From an uncultured Nanoarchaeota archaeon (lineage in GTDB: Archaea; Nanobdellota; Nanobdellia; Pacearchaeales; GW2011-AR1), in the NCBI GenBank assembly GCA_963743615.1, contig CAVUQF010000003.1:60999-124998 (forward strand): a DNA stretch of 64,000 nt. Reading direction: 5' to 3'. A program made the position numbers and the translations under genes. Positions 37,609 to 48,024 of this stretch are shown here, piece after piece (within the stretch, counting starts at the first letter, position 1; every line of letters starts with the position of its first letter). Below the pieces are notes generated by a model. The model searched no databases and was not told where the DNA came from. It saw only the letters and a list, made by a program, of their open reading frames with translations.

Positions 37609-40062
37609 ATGAAAACTAAGTTTATTCCTGTAGATTATGACTATTTTGACTTTGAAGGAAGGAATTATGCTAAAATTATTGGGAGAGATGATGCCGGAAA
37701 AAGAGTGTGCCTTATCGATTCCTGTGATGTGTATTTTTGGGCAGTTTTAAGGGACAATGTAAATGAAAAGCAAATCCAGAAACTTAAAGATAGAATAGAA
37801 AAGATACAATTAAGCATAAAAGGGAGAAGGACAAAAGTCGAGAATGTTGAGTTACATAGCAAGAAGTTTTTAGGCAAAGAGGTTAAGGCTCTTAAAATAT
37901 TTGCCACAAACTATAAAGATCTCCATGACATTGCGGATGAACTTGGAATGGATGAGATAGAAAAAAGGAGAGGTTATGATTTAGGTTTTGTAACCCATTA
38001 TATAATTGAGAAGAAAATTGTGCCTTTGAATTGGTATGAAATTGAAGGAGAAATTTTGAATAATAGTCAAGAGTTTGGAGGAATTGATTCCGCTTTGGAT
38101 GTGGATTTATGTGTTAAATTAACTTCTTCTAAGGAAATTGATAAGAGAGAATTTAGTCCCAAAGTTTTAGCTTTTGATATTGAGACAGATGAATTTAGGA
38201 TAGGAAAGGGAAAAATTTTAATGATTTCTCTTATTTCAGATAATTTTAAGAAAGTTATAACTTGGAAAAGAGTAAAAGAAAAAATAGATTTTGTCGAATA
38301 TGTAAAAGATGAAGCGGAGTTAATTGAAAAATTTGTCGAATATGTAAAAAAAATTTCTCCTGATTTTATCACAGGATATTTTAGTGATGGATTTGATATG
38401 CCCTATCTCAAAGCAAGGGCTGAGGAGAATGGAGTAAAGCTATCTATTGGACTTGATGGGAGCCAGCCTATTTTTCACAGAGGTAATATTCTTACTTGCA
38501 AGGTTGATGGAATTGTCCATATTGATTTGTTGAGATTTGTTAATACAGCATACTCTCAATATATGCAGTCTGAGACACTATCCTTGAATGATGTTGCAAA
38601 AGAGTTTCTTGGCGATACCAAGAAGGGGTTTGAGTTTAAATCAACTTCAGAAATGTCTGAATCGGATTGGAAAGATTATTTTGGATATAATCTCCATGAT
38701 TCAACTCTTACTTACAAATTATTTTTAAAATTTTGGCCTGATTTGCTGGAATTCTCAAGGGTAATGCAGGAGCCCACTTTTGATGTTTCGAGAAATGGAA
38801 TGTCCAAGAATGTTGAAGATTATATTATACATAACCTTAGTAAGTTCAATGAAATCCCTGAGAAGAGGCCAGGACATGATGAAATTGGAAAGAGAAGAGT
38901 AAGAGAAAAGTATGAAGGAGCTTTTGTATTTCAGCCAACGCCAGGATTGTATGAGGATGTGGTCTTCTTTGATTTTACGAGTTATTGGCCAAGTATAATT
39001 GTTACATTTAATCTCTCTTCTTCCACGCTTCTTGAAAAAAAGGAGAAGGATTCTTTAGAAGTTAATATAGGAAATGATAAGATTTATTTCAGCAAGAAGC
39101 CTGGGTTTTTTCCAGAAATGCTGAAAGAGATTATTCTTCTAAGAAAGAAGTATAAAGCGGAATTAAAGAAAAAAGAAGATGCAATTACAAAGGCAAGAAG
39201 CAATGCTTTCAAACTTCTCGCAAATGCATCTTATGGATATCAAGGATTTTTTGGGGCTAGATATTATTGCCCCGAGGCTTCTGCTGCTACAACTTCTATA
39301 AGCAGAGATTTTATTAAAAAGATGATTGAGGATATTGACAAATCAAAGTTTAAGACGGTATATTCTGATACAGATTCTATTGCCTTCTTAAAAAATGGCA
39401 AAACAAAAAAAGAAGTTTCTGATATTTTGGAAAAACTTAACAATATGCTTCCAGGTATAATGGAGCTCGAAATAGAAGATTTCTACAAAAGAGGGATATG
39501 GGTTACAAAGAGGACTGGAGAATTTGGAGCAAAGAAAAAATATGCTCTTATTGGAGAGGAAGGGAAGCTGAAAATAAGGGGATTTGAAACCGTCAGAAGA
39601 GATTGGTGTGATCTAGCAAGAGAAACTCAGAATAAAGTTTTGAGGATGATACTTGAAGATGGAAATGAGATTCGGGCCCTAAATTTTGTAAAAGAAGTTT
39701 CCAGGAAGCTCAAGGATAGAAAAATAGACAAGAAAGAGATTTTGGTCAGAACTCAGCTTAAGAAGCCGATTTCGGAGTATAAAGCTATCTCTCCCCATGT
39801 TATTGCAGCTAAAAAAATGGAGGAACAAAAGATTCCAATAGACGAGGGGGCCTTAATAGAGTATTATATCGCGGACACTGGCGAAAAGAAGAAATTAGTA
39901 AGAGATAGGGTAAAGCTGGCACATGAAGATGCAGATTATGATATTGACTATTACCTAGAGCATCAAATTCTTCCTGCTGTTGAAAATATTTTTCAAGTAT
40001 TTAATATAAATATTAATACAATTTTGAATAATAAGAAACAAACTACCTTGGAAGGGTTTTAA
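37609..40062 (+). CDS. polB: Family B DNA polymerase (PolB)
   Basis: Exo I 'FDIETD', motif B 'KLLANASYGY', motif C 'YSDTDSI'. Confidence 0.9.
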   Translation: MKTKFIPVDYDYFDFEGRNYAKIIGRDDAGKRVCLIDSCDVYFWAVLRDNVNEKQIQKLKDRIEKIQLSIKGRRTKVENVELHSKKFLGKEVKALKIFATNYKDLHDIADELGMDEIEKRRGYDLGFVTHYIIEKKIVPLNWYEIEGEILNNSQEFGGIDSALDVDLCVKLTSSKEIDKREFSPKVLAFDIETDEFRIGKGKILMISLISDNFKKVITWKRVKEKIDFVEYVKDEAELIEKFVEYVKKISPDFITGYFSDGFDMPYLKARAEENGVKLSIGLDGSQPIFHRGNILTCKVDGIVHIDLLRFVNTAYSQYMQSETLSLNDVAKEFLGDTKKGFEFKSTSEMSESDWKDYFGYNLHDSTLTYKLFLKFWPDLLEFSRVMQEPTFDVSRNGMSKNVEDYIIHNLSKFNEIPEKRPGHDEIGKRRVREKYEGAFVFQPTPGLYEDVVFFDFTSYWPSIIVTFNLSSSTLLEKKEKDSLEVNIGNDKIYFSKKPGFFPEMLKEIILLRKKYKAELKKKEDAITKARSNAFKLLANASYGYQGFFGARYYCPEASAATTSISRDFIKKMIEDIDKSKFKTVYSDTDSIAFLKNGKTKKEVSDILEKLNNMLPGIMELEIEDFYKRGIWVTKRTGEFGAKKKYALIGEEGKLKIRGFETVRRDWCDLARETQNKVLRMILEDGNEIRALNFVKEVSRKLKDRKIDKKEILVRTQLKKPISEYKAISPHVIAAKKMEEQKIPIDEGALIEYYIADTGEKKKLVRDRVKLAHEDADYDIDYYLEHQILPAVENIFQVFNININTILNNKKQTTLEGF

Positions 40063-40502
40063 TGTGCTCCGGCCATTGATTTTTCTATTTTATCTGACGC
40101 AGCTTTATCGAGGTTTGCCTCAGATTTTTCTCTTTTTCGTGCATTTATCTGTCTTTCATTTTCGAGATATCTACTTATCCAATTGTTCAATACTCCTCTG
40201 TACTCCCCTTCCGCATTAACTTTTGGATTATAACGAGCATAACTATTAATAGCATTAACTCTATTGATTATATCCTTCTCTGTGTCTTTTAATACTTTTA
40301 GTGGATTGTATCCTTCCTTTAGCTCATGCTCTTTTCTTATACAATGCCCAAGATCTCGATAATTTCTGGATTCTGCATAAAACAGATTTCCTACGATTCC
40401 CATCTCTATGTATCCTTCTTCAAACATTATATACTCAAGTGGAAGGTTATTTGATCCTATTATTGCATTTATTCTTCTTTCTTTAAGGTTAGTTAAGTCC
40501 AT
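40059..40502 (-). CDS. hypothetical protein (147 aa)
   Basis: Intact ORF. Confidence 0.4.
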   Translation of the reverse strand: MDLTNLKERRINAIIGSNNLPLEYIMFEEGYIEMGIVGNLFYAESRNYRDLGHCIRKEHELKEGYNPLKVLKDTEKDIINRVNAINSYARYNPKVNAEGEYRGVLNNWISRYLENERQINARKREKSEANLDKAASDKIEKSMAGAH

Positions 40503-40556
40503 TTTATAACTACTATAAAGTGACTATTTAAAGCTTATGATTTTCGAATTTTGTCC

Positions 40557-41414
40557 TTATTTAATCCAGTGTAAACCTTCAAAATCAAACTTGAAATCAA
40601 TGCATCTAATCCCGAAAGCTTTCTTAATTTTTTGCTTATCCCCAAAGAAAAGAATACATCCCCCCCCTCCAGAGCCACAGATTTTTGCAGCAGTTGCTCC
40701 ATTTTGCTTTCCTAACCTTATCATTTTCTGAATATTTTTTGGGACAATGGTTGGGTTAAGTTTTGCTCTTTCTTCTGTTTCTTTATTCAATAATTCTGCA
40801 AATCTTGTCAAATCCTCTTTTTCGAGTGCATCTTTCATCTGGATTGCAATTTCTTTTATTCTTAGAAAATTTTTGACTTTTTTGCCCTTTTTCAGACCTT
40901 CAATCATTTTACCATTTGTGTTTCCCGAGAAATGTGGTTTTCCTGTATAGACTAGGATCAATTTGCTTTCAAGCTCTTTTATCAATGAAGGCTTTAGCTT
41001 TAACCTGTGAATTATAACCTTATTGTCTTTGAATTCAAGAAAATTTATCCCCCCCAATGCTCCTGCATATTGATCCTGCTTTCCGCCAACAAGTCCCATG
41101 GCTTGTTCTAATTTATATGCTTCTTCGGCTAGGGCAATTTTATCGCTTTCATTTTCAAACTTTTTTTTGACAATAAGAGAAAGCCAAACTAGGTTCATTA
41201 CCCCGCTGGTTCCTAATCCGGAAGATGTGGGGATGTTTCCCGAATAAGATAAAGAGACTCTTTCATCACTTGCTGAAAGTTCCCCCGTAATATATCGATT
41301 TATTGCGGCGTTTAATACTGCTCCACCGTACATTTTTGGGAAAGGCTGGACATCTGTTGTTCCGCCCCCAAAGTCAAATCTTACAGGAGCTTTAACTCTT
41401 TTTACCTCTTTCAT
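40557..41414 (-). CDS. GHMP-family sugar kinase (HddA/fucokinase-like)
   Basis: N-terminal 'APVRFDFGGGTTD', GHMP motif 'PTSSGLGTSG', and C-terminal 'KICGSGGGGCILFF'. Confidence 0.55.
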   Translation of the reverse strand: MKEVKRVKAPVRFDFGGGTTDVQPFPKMYGGAVLNAAINRYITGELSASDERVSLSYSGNIPTSSGLGTSGVMNLVWLSLIVKKKFENESDKIALAEEAYKLEQAMGLVGGKQDQYAGALGGINFLEFKDNKVIIHRLKLKPSLIKELESKLILVYTGKPHFSGNTNGKMIEGLKKGKKVKNFLRIKEIAIQMKDALEKEDLTRFAELLNKETEERAKLNPTIVPKNIQKMIRLGKQNGATAAKICGSGGGGCILFFGDKQKIKKAFGIRCIDFKFDFEGLHWIK

Positions 41415-41447
41415 TAAGTTATTAAATACCCTGCCTTTTTATTTTTT

Positions 41448-42401
41448 ATGCAAAAATACCCATTGAAGCAAATGTTTGAAGAGAGAATGAAATTATTACT
41501 TGGAGATGAATTTGAACAATTTACTGAATCTTTGAATAAGGAACCAATATGTTCAATAAGAGTAAATGAGCTTAAAACTTCTGTATCAGAATTGAAGAGA
41601 AAACTTGAAGAGAAAGGATGGAAAATTTCTCAACCGATTAAATCTCGCCCAGAAATAATTACTGTTGATTCCAAATTAGAGCCGGGAGAATTGGGCAGAA
41701 CTTTCGAACATCTATTAGGGTATTATTATGTTCAAGAAATTTCCAGTATGCTTCCAGTTATTGTTTTAAATCCTAAACCAGATGAGAGAATATTAGATTT
41801 GTGCGCTTCACCGGGAAGCAAAACAACGCAAATAGCTTCGTTTATGAAAAATTCTGGTACAATCATTGCAAATGAGCCAGACTTTGGAAGAATGAAAATT
41901 CTTTCTTCAAACCTTGAAAGATGTGGGGTTAGCAATGCAATTATTACGAGAAGAGAAGGAAGCAGGCTTTGTGACGAACTTTATGAAAATGGATTTGTTT
42001 TCGATAAGATCCTTGTTGATGCTCCCTGTTCTGGAGAGGGAACTATGAGAACTAATCCAAAAACTGCAAAAATGTGGAATGCATATGGAATGAAGAAGAT
42101 GTCTTTTATACAGAAGAAGCTTATCTCTTCCGCAATAAAGCTTCTTAAAGTTGGAGGAGAATTAGTTTATTCAACCTGCACTTACGCTCCTGAAGAAGAT
42201 GAGGAAATAATTGATTTTGTTCTCAGGAGATTTCCAGAGATAAAGATTGAGAAAGTGTCTTTGCCTATAAGACACCACACAGGCATTCTTAAGTGGCAAG
42301 ATAAAGAGTATTTGGAAGATGTTAAATCTTCATGCAGGATTTTTCCTTTTGATGAAAATACAGAGGGATTTTTTATAACTAAACTTAGGAAAGTAAAATG
42401 A
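41448..42401 (+). CDS. NOL1/NOP2/Sun-family RNA (cytosine-C5) methyltransferase
   Basis: 'DLCASPGSKTTQIA' and 'DAPCSGEGT'. Confidence 0.8.
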   Translation: MQKYPLKQMFEERMKLLLGDEFEQFTESLNKEPICSIRVNELKTSVSELKRKLEEKGWKISQPIKSRPEIITVDSKLEPGELGRTFEHLLGYYYVQEISSMLPVIVLNPKPDERILDLCASPGSKTTQIASFMKNSGTIIANEPDFGRMKILSSNLERCGVSNAIITRREGSRLCDELYENGFVFDKILVDAPCSGEGTMRTNPKTAKMWNAYGMKKMSFIQKKLISSAIKLLKVGGELVYSTCTYAPEEDEEIIDFVLRRFPEIKIEKVSLPIRHHTGILKWQDKEYLEDVKSSCRIFPFDENTEGFFITKLRKVK

Positions 42402-42865
42402 TACAAGTATTAAATCAGAAGCAGATACAAGAAGTCCACAGAAGTCTTAGAGAACAATTTGGAATAGACAAGATTCCCGGGAGAATCATGAAACTTGGTG
42501 AGGAAAAGCTATTCTTATTTACAGGGGACGCAGCCGATGAGGAGATAAAGAAACTTGAAAATATAGTTCCCGTAGAAAGACTTGGAGTTTATTTTGCCAA
42601 AATTATAAGGGAAGATGTGAAATTAAGTATAGAGGGTTCTCAGATTTTGAAGGAGCAGGTTAAAAAGAATATATTTGAGTTGGATGATGAACAGGCCGAA
42701 AAGTGGATGATGGGTCAGGAATTGAATCTTAAGTCTGGGAAGAAAGGATTTGTTGTTATGAAATATGAAGATAATTTTCTAGGGTGCGGAAAGGCTTCCG
42801 AAGAAAAGATCAGCAATTTTGTTCCAAAAATGCGAAGATTAAAAAATAGAGAAGTGAGAATATAA
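42398..42865 (+). CDS. Possible Nip7-like protein (N-domain plus PUA-like C-terminus)
   Basis: 155 aa overlapping the NSUN stop; the C-terminal 'KKGFVVMKYEDNFLGCGKA' looks PUA-like. Nip7 partners Nop2 in eukaryotes. Confidence 0.4.
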   Translation: MIQVLNQKQIQEVHRSLREQFGIDKIPGRIMKLGEEKLFLFTGDAADEEIKKLENIVPVERLGVYFAKIIREDVKLSIEGSQILKEQVKKNIFELDDEQAEKWMMGQELNLKSGKKGFVVMKYEDNFLGCGKASEEKISNFVPKMRRLKNREVRI

Positions 42866-42867
42866 TA

Positions 42868-43872
42868 ATGACCGAAAAAAATTACGGAGGAGCAGCTCCT
42901 TTCAGGAAGCAGGGGAAAGGCGTGAAGGAAGTATCAGGGACTAAATTTATGGAGAGGGAAAAAAAGGTAAGAATGGAGTCAGAAGAGTCTGACTTTGAGA
43001 AGCAAAAGATTCTGAAGGCGGGAAAAATAGCTTCGGAAGTTAGAGAATATATAAAACAGATTGTGAAAAAAGATGCTCTTCTTTTTGATATTGCAGAAAA
43101 AATTGAAGGAAAAATAAAAGAACTTGGGGGAAAGCCTGCATTTCCCACTAATTTGAGTATCAATGATATTGCAGCCCATTATACTCCCTCTTTTGATGAT
43201 AAAACAAAGGCTTATGGATTATTGAAGATTGATTTTGGAGTTCATGTTGATGGATGGGTTGCAGATACCTCGATTTCAATGGATCTTGATAATACTGAAG
43301 AGAATAAAATATTGATCAAGGCTGCGGAAGAGGCTTTGGCAAATGCGCTTAGAATTGCAAAAAGTGGAATAATGTTTAGCGAAATTGGAAAAGAGATAGA
43401 GAAGACAATTGGATCTTATAAGGCTAATCCAATAATTAACTTAACAGGACATTCAATTTCTCATTATGACTTGCATTCTGGTGCGACCATACCAAATTAT
43501 GACAATGGGTCAAAGAGTATTATGGAAGAAGGAACATATGCAATAGAGCCTTTTACCACTTTTGGAAACGGGAGAGTTTATGATGGAAAACCTTCCGGAA
43601 TATATTCTTTGGTTGATGAGAAGAATGTTAGGAGCCCTATCGCCAGAATGGTTCTTGATCTTGTGATTCGAGAGTACTCTACTTTGCCTTTTTGTTCTAG
43701 GTGGATTGTTAAAGAATTAGGTCAGAGTGCATTGTTTGGACTTAAGCAGTTGGAAGACAATGGCAATCTCACGCAGTTTGATCAGTTGATTGAAGTTTCT
43801 CATAGAAATGTAGCTCAGGCAGAGCATACCTTAATTATTGAGAAGGATAAAACTCTAGTTACAACAAAATAA
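42868..43872 (+). CDS. map: Methionine aminopeptidase type 2
   Basis: 'DFGVHVDGWVADTSISM' and 'HSISHYDLH' pita-bread metal ligands. Confidence 0.85.
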   Translation: MTEKNYGGAAPFRKQGKGVKEVSGTKFMEREKKVRMESEESDFEKQKILKAGKIASEVREYIKQIVKKDALLFDIAEKIEGKIKELGGKPAFPTNLSINDIAAHYTPSFDDKTKAYGLLKIDFGVHVDGWVADTSISMDLDNTEENKILIKAAEEALANALRIAKSGIMFSEIGKEIEKTIGSYKANPIINLTGHSISHYDLHSGATIPNYDNGSKSIMEEGTYAIEPFTTFGNGRVYDGKPSGIYSLVDEKNVRSPIARMVLDLVIREYSTLPFCSRWIVKELGQSALFGLKQLEDNGNLTQFDQLIEVSHRNVAQAEHTLIIEKDKTLVTTK

Positions 43873-43874
43873 TT

Positions 43875-44729
43875 TTATTTGATAAATTTTATCTTGTTGA
43901 TTTTGCCTTTTTTGTCATCCAAGTCTATTACCACCGCTCTTCCATCATGAGCTGCTCCCGGGTTTACGCAAACAGTTTTTCCTACTTTTTGCTCTCCATA
44001 AGATTCATGAATATGGCCCCCAAGATGCAGTAATGGCTGATATTTTTCTACCATTTCTCTTGCAAGTTTAGAACCTGCATGTTTATTCCTTGCTTCTTTA
44101 TGAGCTTCTTTAGATGTTATTTTATCAAGTTTGGTATGATATATAATGTTGTGAGATACAAAAATTATTCTTTTTAGTTTGTTTTCGTTTTTAAATTTTC
44201 TAAAAAGCTTTTCCAACTTTTCTTTATGATTTCTGTAATTTTTACCTTTTGGTTCTCCCGGAGCACTATGCCCCCTCATTCCAATAAAAATATAATTTCC
44301 AAATTTGAAATAGGAATAATCAAATCTTTTTATCCTCTTATATTTCTTAATTATATCTGGAAAAGCATTATATTCCATCCAATTTGGCATTGATCTTTCT
44401 CTTTTCTCAGGCATATCGTAGACATCAGGAGGAGGATAGTCCACATTCCCAAGAACAGTGTATACTGGAATATTGAGACTGTTTAATTCCTTTAATGGTT
44501 TTTCACCAAGTCTAAAATCTTCAAGAACTAATTTTCTGTATTTTTTCTTTCCTATGAATTCCCATAACTCTTTCTCGTTTCCGTAACAATATTTGAACCA
44601 GATTTTTCGATAATGAAAAGGAGGGAAATCTCCTATAGAAATAATTAAATCAATTTTTTGATTTTTTATAATCTTCTTGAATTTGGAAGGGAACTCTCCA
44701 TGGAAATCCCCAATAACAAGAGCTTTCAT
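43875..44729 (-). CDS. Calcineurin-like metallophosphoesterase
   Basis: 'LVIGDFHGEF' and 'GGHIHESYG'. Confidence 0.7.
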   Translation of the reverse strand: MKALVIGDFHGEFPSKFKKIIKNQKIDLIISIGDFPPFHYRKIWFKYCYGNEKELWEFIGKKKYRKLVLEDFRLGEKPLKELNSLNIPVYTVLGNVDYPPPDVYDMPEKRERSMPNWMEYNAFPDIIKKYKRIKRFDYSYFKFGNYIFIGMRGHSAPGEPKGKNYRNHKEKLEKLFRKFKNENKLKRIIFVSHNIIYHTKLDKITSKEAHKEARNKHAGSKLAREMVEKYQPLLHLGGHIHESYGEQKVGKTVCVNPGAAHDGRAVVIDLDDKKGKINKIKFIK

Positions 44730-44801
44730 AGAGGATTAATTTAGTAAATGTTTTTAACTCTTTCTCATAAGGTAAAAATATCCTTTTTGATGGTATTTTA
44801 A

Positions 44802-47138
44802 TTATCCTAGATAACTTCCACCAGAAGGGATTGAAACTCTTGCAGATCTTATGAAATTTTCTTCCATCTTTTTATATACTTCAAATGTTGATTTTGTCAC
44901 ACTTGGACGAACTTTATTTAGCGCTTCTTCAAAATGTTTCTTTTGAACATATTTTGCATCAGGGGACTCTCTTAGCGAAAGCATAGCGGCCTCTCTAGCG
45001 AATGCTTCCAGATCAGCGCCAGTATATCCTTCTGTTTGCTTGCTAAATTCTTTGAGTAACTCTTCTCTTTCTTTTTCGTTCAATAATTTCTTTCCATCCC
45101 CCAGGGGCATTTTTGCAGTATGAATTTTAAGGATGTTTTCTCTTGCTTTTTCAGTTGGAGCATCAACTAGCAAGATTTTATCAAATCTTCCTGGTCTTAG
45201 TAGTGCAGAATCAAGCATATCTGGACGGTTTGTAGCTCCAATAATAATAACATTATTCAAATTCTCTAGACCATCCATTTCTGCAAGCAACTGATTAAGG
45301 ACACGCTCTGTAACTTTTGTGCCCGTATCCATCCCCCTCTTTCCTGCTAATGCGTCTATTTCATCAAAGAAAATTATGCAAGGAGCAACCTGACGAGCTC
45401 TTTCAAATATTTTTCTGACCCCTTCTTCAGATTTTCCAACCCACATACTCAATAATGATGGACCTTTTACCTGAATGAAGTTTGCTTCTGATTCTGTTGC
45501 AACAGCTTTTGCTAACAGAGTTTTACCTGTTCCAGGAGGACCATAGAGAAGGATTCCTCTGGATGGACGAATTCCCATTCTTTCGAAACTTTCAGCACGT
45601 TTCATAGGCCATTCAACAGCTTCTTTAAGTTCTTGTTTGATGTTATCCAATCCTCCAACACTTTCCCATTCAATATTTGGATTCTCAACAAGAACTTCTC
45701 TCATTGCGCTAGGTCTGACTATTTTTAGGGCTTCTACAAAATCTTCATGTTTAACAATCATTTTTTCCAAAACTTCAGGGGGAATTTCTTCCTCCTTGTC
45801 GAGTTTTATTTGGGGGAGGAATTTTCTAAGAACATTCATTGCTGCCTCTTTTGTCAAGGCTTCCAGATCTGCTCCGACAAATCCATGAGTTACACTTGCC
45901 AATTCATTAAGATTTACGTTCTTTGCCATTGGCACACCTCTTGTATGAATCTTGAGAATTGATAATCTTCCTTCTTTTCTTGGAACATTTATTTCTATTT
46001 CTCTATCAAATCTTCCAGGCCTACGTAATGCAGGATCAATAGAATTAACTCTATTTGTAGCTCCAATAACAACAACTTTTCCTCTCGATTTTAATCCGTC
46101 CATCATGGTTAGTATCTGTGATACAACTCTTCTTTCGACTTCTCCAGTTGTTTCTTCTCTTTTTGGGGCAATTGCATCAATTTCATCTATGAATATGATC
46201 GATGGAGCTGTTTTTTCTGCTTCTTCAAATATATCTCTAATTTTCTTTTCAGATTCACCGTAGAACTTTGACATTATTTCCGGACCATTGAGAAGAATGA
46301 AGTTTGCTTCTGATTCTGTTGCAACAGCTTTTGCTAACAGAGTTTTACCTGTTCCAGGAGGACCATGAAGCAGGACTCCTTTTGGAGCTTCTATCCCTAA
46401 CTTTCTGAACAGTTCTGGGTGCTTTAATGGAATTTCCACCATTTCTCTTATTTTTCTTATTTCCTCACTTAACCCTCCAATATCCTCATAGTTTATCTCT
46501 GGGATATTTTCTTCTGAAACCTCCACAGCTTTTGAATTTAGAGTGACTTCTGTGTTTTCAGTTATTTTAACTGGTTGATTTGGATTTGTTGAAACAACGA
46601 TGAATCTTATTTGTGTTATTCCTCCACTGAAATTTCCAAAGCCCATTTTTCCAAGAATATCATTTAAATCTCCGAAAATGTCTCCCATGTCTCCAATGTC
46701 ATCAGACATCATATCCCTTCTTCTTTGAACTCCCCCCAATGCGATGATATCCCCTTTCATTACTGGCCTTCCTAGCAGTCCTCTTTTCAATCCTTCAGAA
46801 TCGCCCTGGATCATAACTCCTTGCTGTGCCGGTGCTATAATTATTTTTTTTGCTTCTTTGACATCTGCTTTTAGAACTGTTATGACATCACCGATTCCTG
46901 TTTTAGCATTCTTTCTCATGATTCCATCAATTCTTATTATCCCTTCTCCTACATCTGCAGGATATGCACGGTCTGCAATTGCAATTGTCTCCCTTCCACC
47001 TTTGATTATTATTGGATCTCCTCTTCGGATGTCCAACTCTCTCATGATTTCTGAGTCTATCCTTGCGACCCCCTTATATGCATCGTCTTGCAATGCTTCC
47101 ACAACTTTCAATTGAATATTTTCTTTTTTAGTTGCCAT
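44802..47138 (-). CDS. cdc48: Cdc48/VCP-like AAA+ ATPase (double AAA)
   Basis: Two '[17 protein letters not shown]' Walker A motifs, two DExx boxes, and an N-terminal double-psi barrel. Confidence 0.9.
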   Translation of the reverse strand: MATKKENIQLKVVEALQDDAYKGVARIDSEIMRELDIRRGDPIIIKGGRETIAIADRAYPADVGEGIIRIDGIMRKNAKTGIGDVITVLKADVKEAKKIIIAPAQQGVMIQGDSEGLKRGLLGRPVMKGDIIALGGVQRRRDMMSDDIGDMGDIFGDLNDILGKMGFGNFSGGITQIRFIVVSTNPNQPVKITENTEVTLNSKAVEVSEENIPEINYEDIGGLSEEIRKIREMVEIPLKHPELFRKLGIEAPKGVLLHGPPGTGKTLLAKAVATESEANFILLNGPEIMSKFYGESEKKIRDIFEEAEKTAPSIIFIDEIDAIAPKREETTGEVERRVVSQILTMMDGLKSRGKVVVIGATNRVNSIDPALRRPGRFDREIEINVPRKEGRLSILKIHTRGVPMAKNVNLNELASVTHGFVGADLEALTKEAAMNVLRKFLPQIKLDKEEEIPPEVLEKMIVKHEDFVEALKIVRPSAMREVLVENPNIEWESVGGLDNIKQELKEAVEWPMKRAESFERMGIRPSRGILLYGPPGTGKTLLAKAVATESEANFIQVKGPSLLSMWVGKSEEGVRKIFERARQVAPCIIFFDEIDALAGKRGMDTGTKVTERVLNQLLAEMDGLENLNNVIIIGATNRPDMLDSALLRPGRFDKILLVDAPTEKARENILKIHTAKMPLGDGKKLLNEKEREELLKEFSKQTEGYTGADLEAFAREAAMLSLRESPDAKYVQKKHFEEALNKVRPSVTKSTFEVYKKMEENFIRSARVSIPSGGSYLG

Positions 47139-47496
47139 GTTTTATCTCCCCTTTTGCGAGTTCCTCAAAGTTTAGCGAAATTCTTCCTATATCTTCAAAG
47201 CATAATCTTACCATATCGTTCATCATTTTTCTTTGTGATTCCATAAAAGATACAATTTCCTTTGGAATTGAAACTGCGTAGCTGTTTCCGACAAGCCTCA
47301 TTTTGACACTAAACTCTTTATTTCTTAGCCCCATAAATTTATTGTATTCTTCCATATCATGTGGATGAAATATTCTATCATTACACTTTGGGCATACGAC
47401 TGCTCTTAATAGAAATCCGTTCTTCGCTACGCTTACCTTTTTCATCTCCGTATTGCATTTGTTGCAAAGTATGGTATTGTCGAATACGTCTGCCAT
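47128..47496 (-). CDS. Zn-ribbon plus SpoVT/AbrB-like putative transcription regulator (122 aa); overlaps cdc48 by 11 nt
   Basis: 'CNKCNTE...CPKCN' zinc ribbon followed by 'VKMRLVGNSYAVSIPKEIV', a swapped-hairpin AbrB-like segment. The upstream part of the listed 168-aa ORF is a translated promoter repeat. Confidence 0.5.
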   Translation of the reverse strand: MADVFDNTILCNKCNTEMKKVSVAKNGFLLRAVVCPKCNDRIFHPHDMEEYNKFMGLRNKEFSVKMRLVGNSYAVSIPKEIVSFMESQRKMMNDMVRLCFEDIGRISLNFEELAKGEIKHGN

Positions 47497-47529
47497 TGTG
47501 TATATGTTTATGTATACACATGGTTGGAT

Positions 47530-47543
47530 ATATTTATAAATAT
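47530..47543 (-). promoter_or_regulatory. Palindromic TATA-like element ATATTTATAAATAT, 34-47 nt upstream of the regulator ATG
   Basis: Perfect 14-bp palindrome containing a TTTATAAAT TATA box. Confidence 0.4.
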
Positions 47544-47560
47544 TTCGGTGCGGGTGGCTT

Positions 47561-47611
47561 TGCATATAAATGTGATTCTGCACATAAATGAAGATAGTTT
47601 GCACATAAATA
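47561..47611. promoter_or_regulatory. Three direct repeats TGCA(Y)ATAAAT(G/A) spaced 18 and 21 bp apart, upstream of the regulator/cdc48 operon
   Basis: The three copies are at 47561-47572, 47579-47590 and 47600-47611. Confidence 0.45.
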
Positions 47612-47826
47612 ATAGAACTTAAAATTTGAGGCAAAGAGATTTTGCGCGTCGGATTGGATGCTTGAAACTTGTCCGCTAATCCGATATTTATCCCTTCTCC
47701 TAGCGTAGGAGATAAATGCTTACTGAAATGCCTAACCTTACCGCGATTTCACGCGCGTATATACAACCATAAGAATTTCCTCCTATCTTTGTGATTTAGG
47801 TACAAAGCTCAATTTCTTTATAAATA

Positions 47827-48024
47827 TTATTTCTTTCTTTTATTCCTAATTAGGAGAATACATATGACTACTGCCAATATAGAAATTCCAAACATAATCC
47901 AAGAGTATAAAATTGGATTACGACCTTGAATAATTTTCCAAACATTGATTATACTCATAAGACCAACACCTATCCAGAAAGCAACAGCCCATTCTAATTG
48001 TCTTTTGTTTTTCATTACCAGCAA
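47827..48024 (-). CDS. Small membrane protein (65 aa, 2 TM helices)
   Basis: Hydrophobic ORF. Confidence 0.4.
   Translation of the reverse strand: MLVMKNKRQLEWAVAFWIGVGLMSIINVWKIIQGRNPILYSWIMFGISILAVVICILLIRNKRKK

Noticed and set aside
45637-47115. Plus-strand ORFs inside the cdc48 gene
   Set aside because: Antisense shadow ORFs; the Cdc48 frame is unambiguous.
47497-47634. N-terminal 46 aa of the listed 168-aa ORF (MPQILSSIIYVQTIFIYVQNHIYMQ...)
   Set aside because: The peptide periodicity simply mirrors the DNA direct repeats and the TATA palindrome. The real start is the ATG at 47496 (MADVF...).
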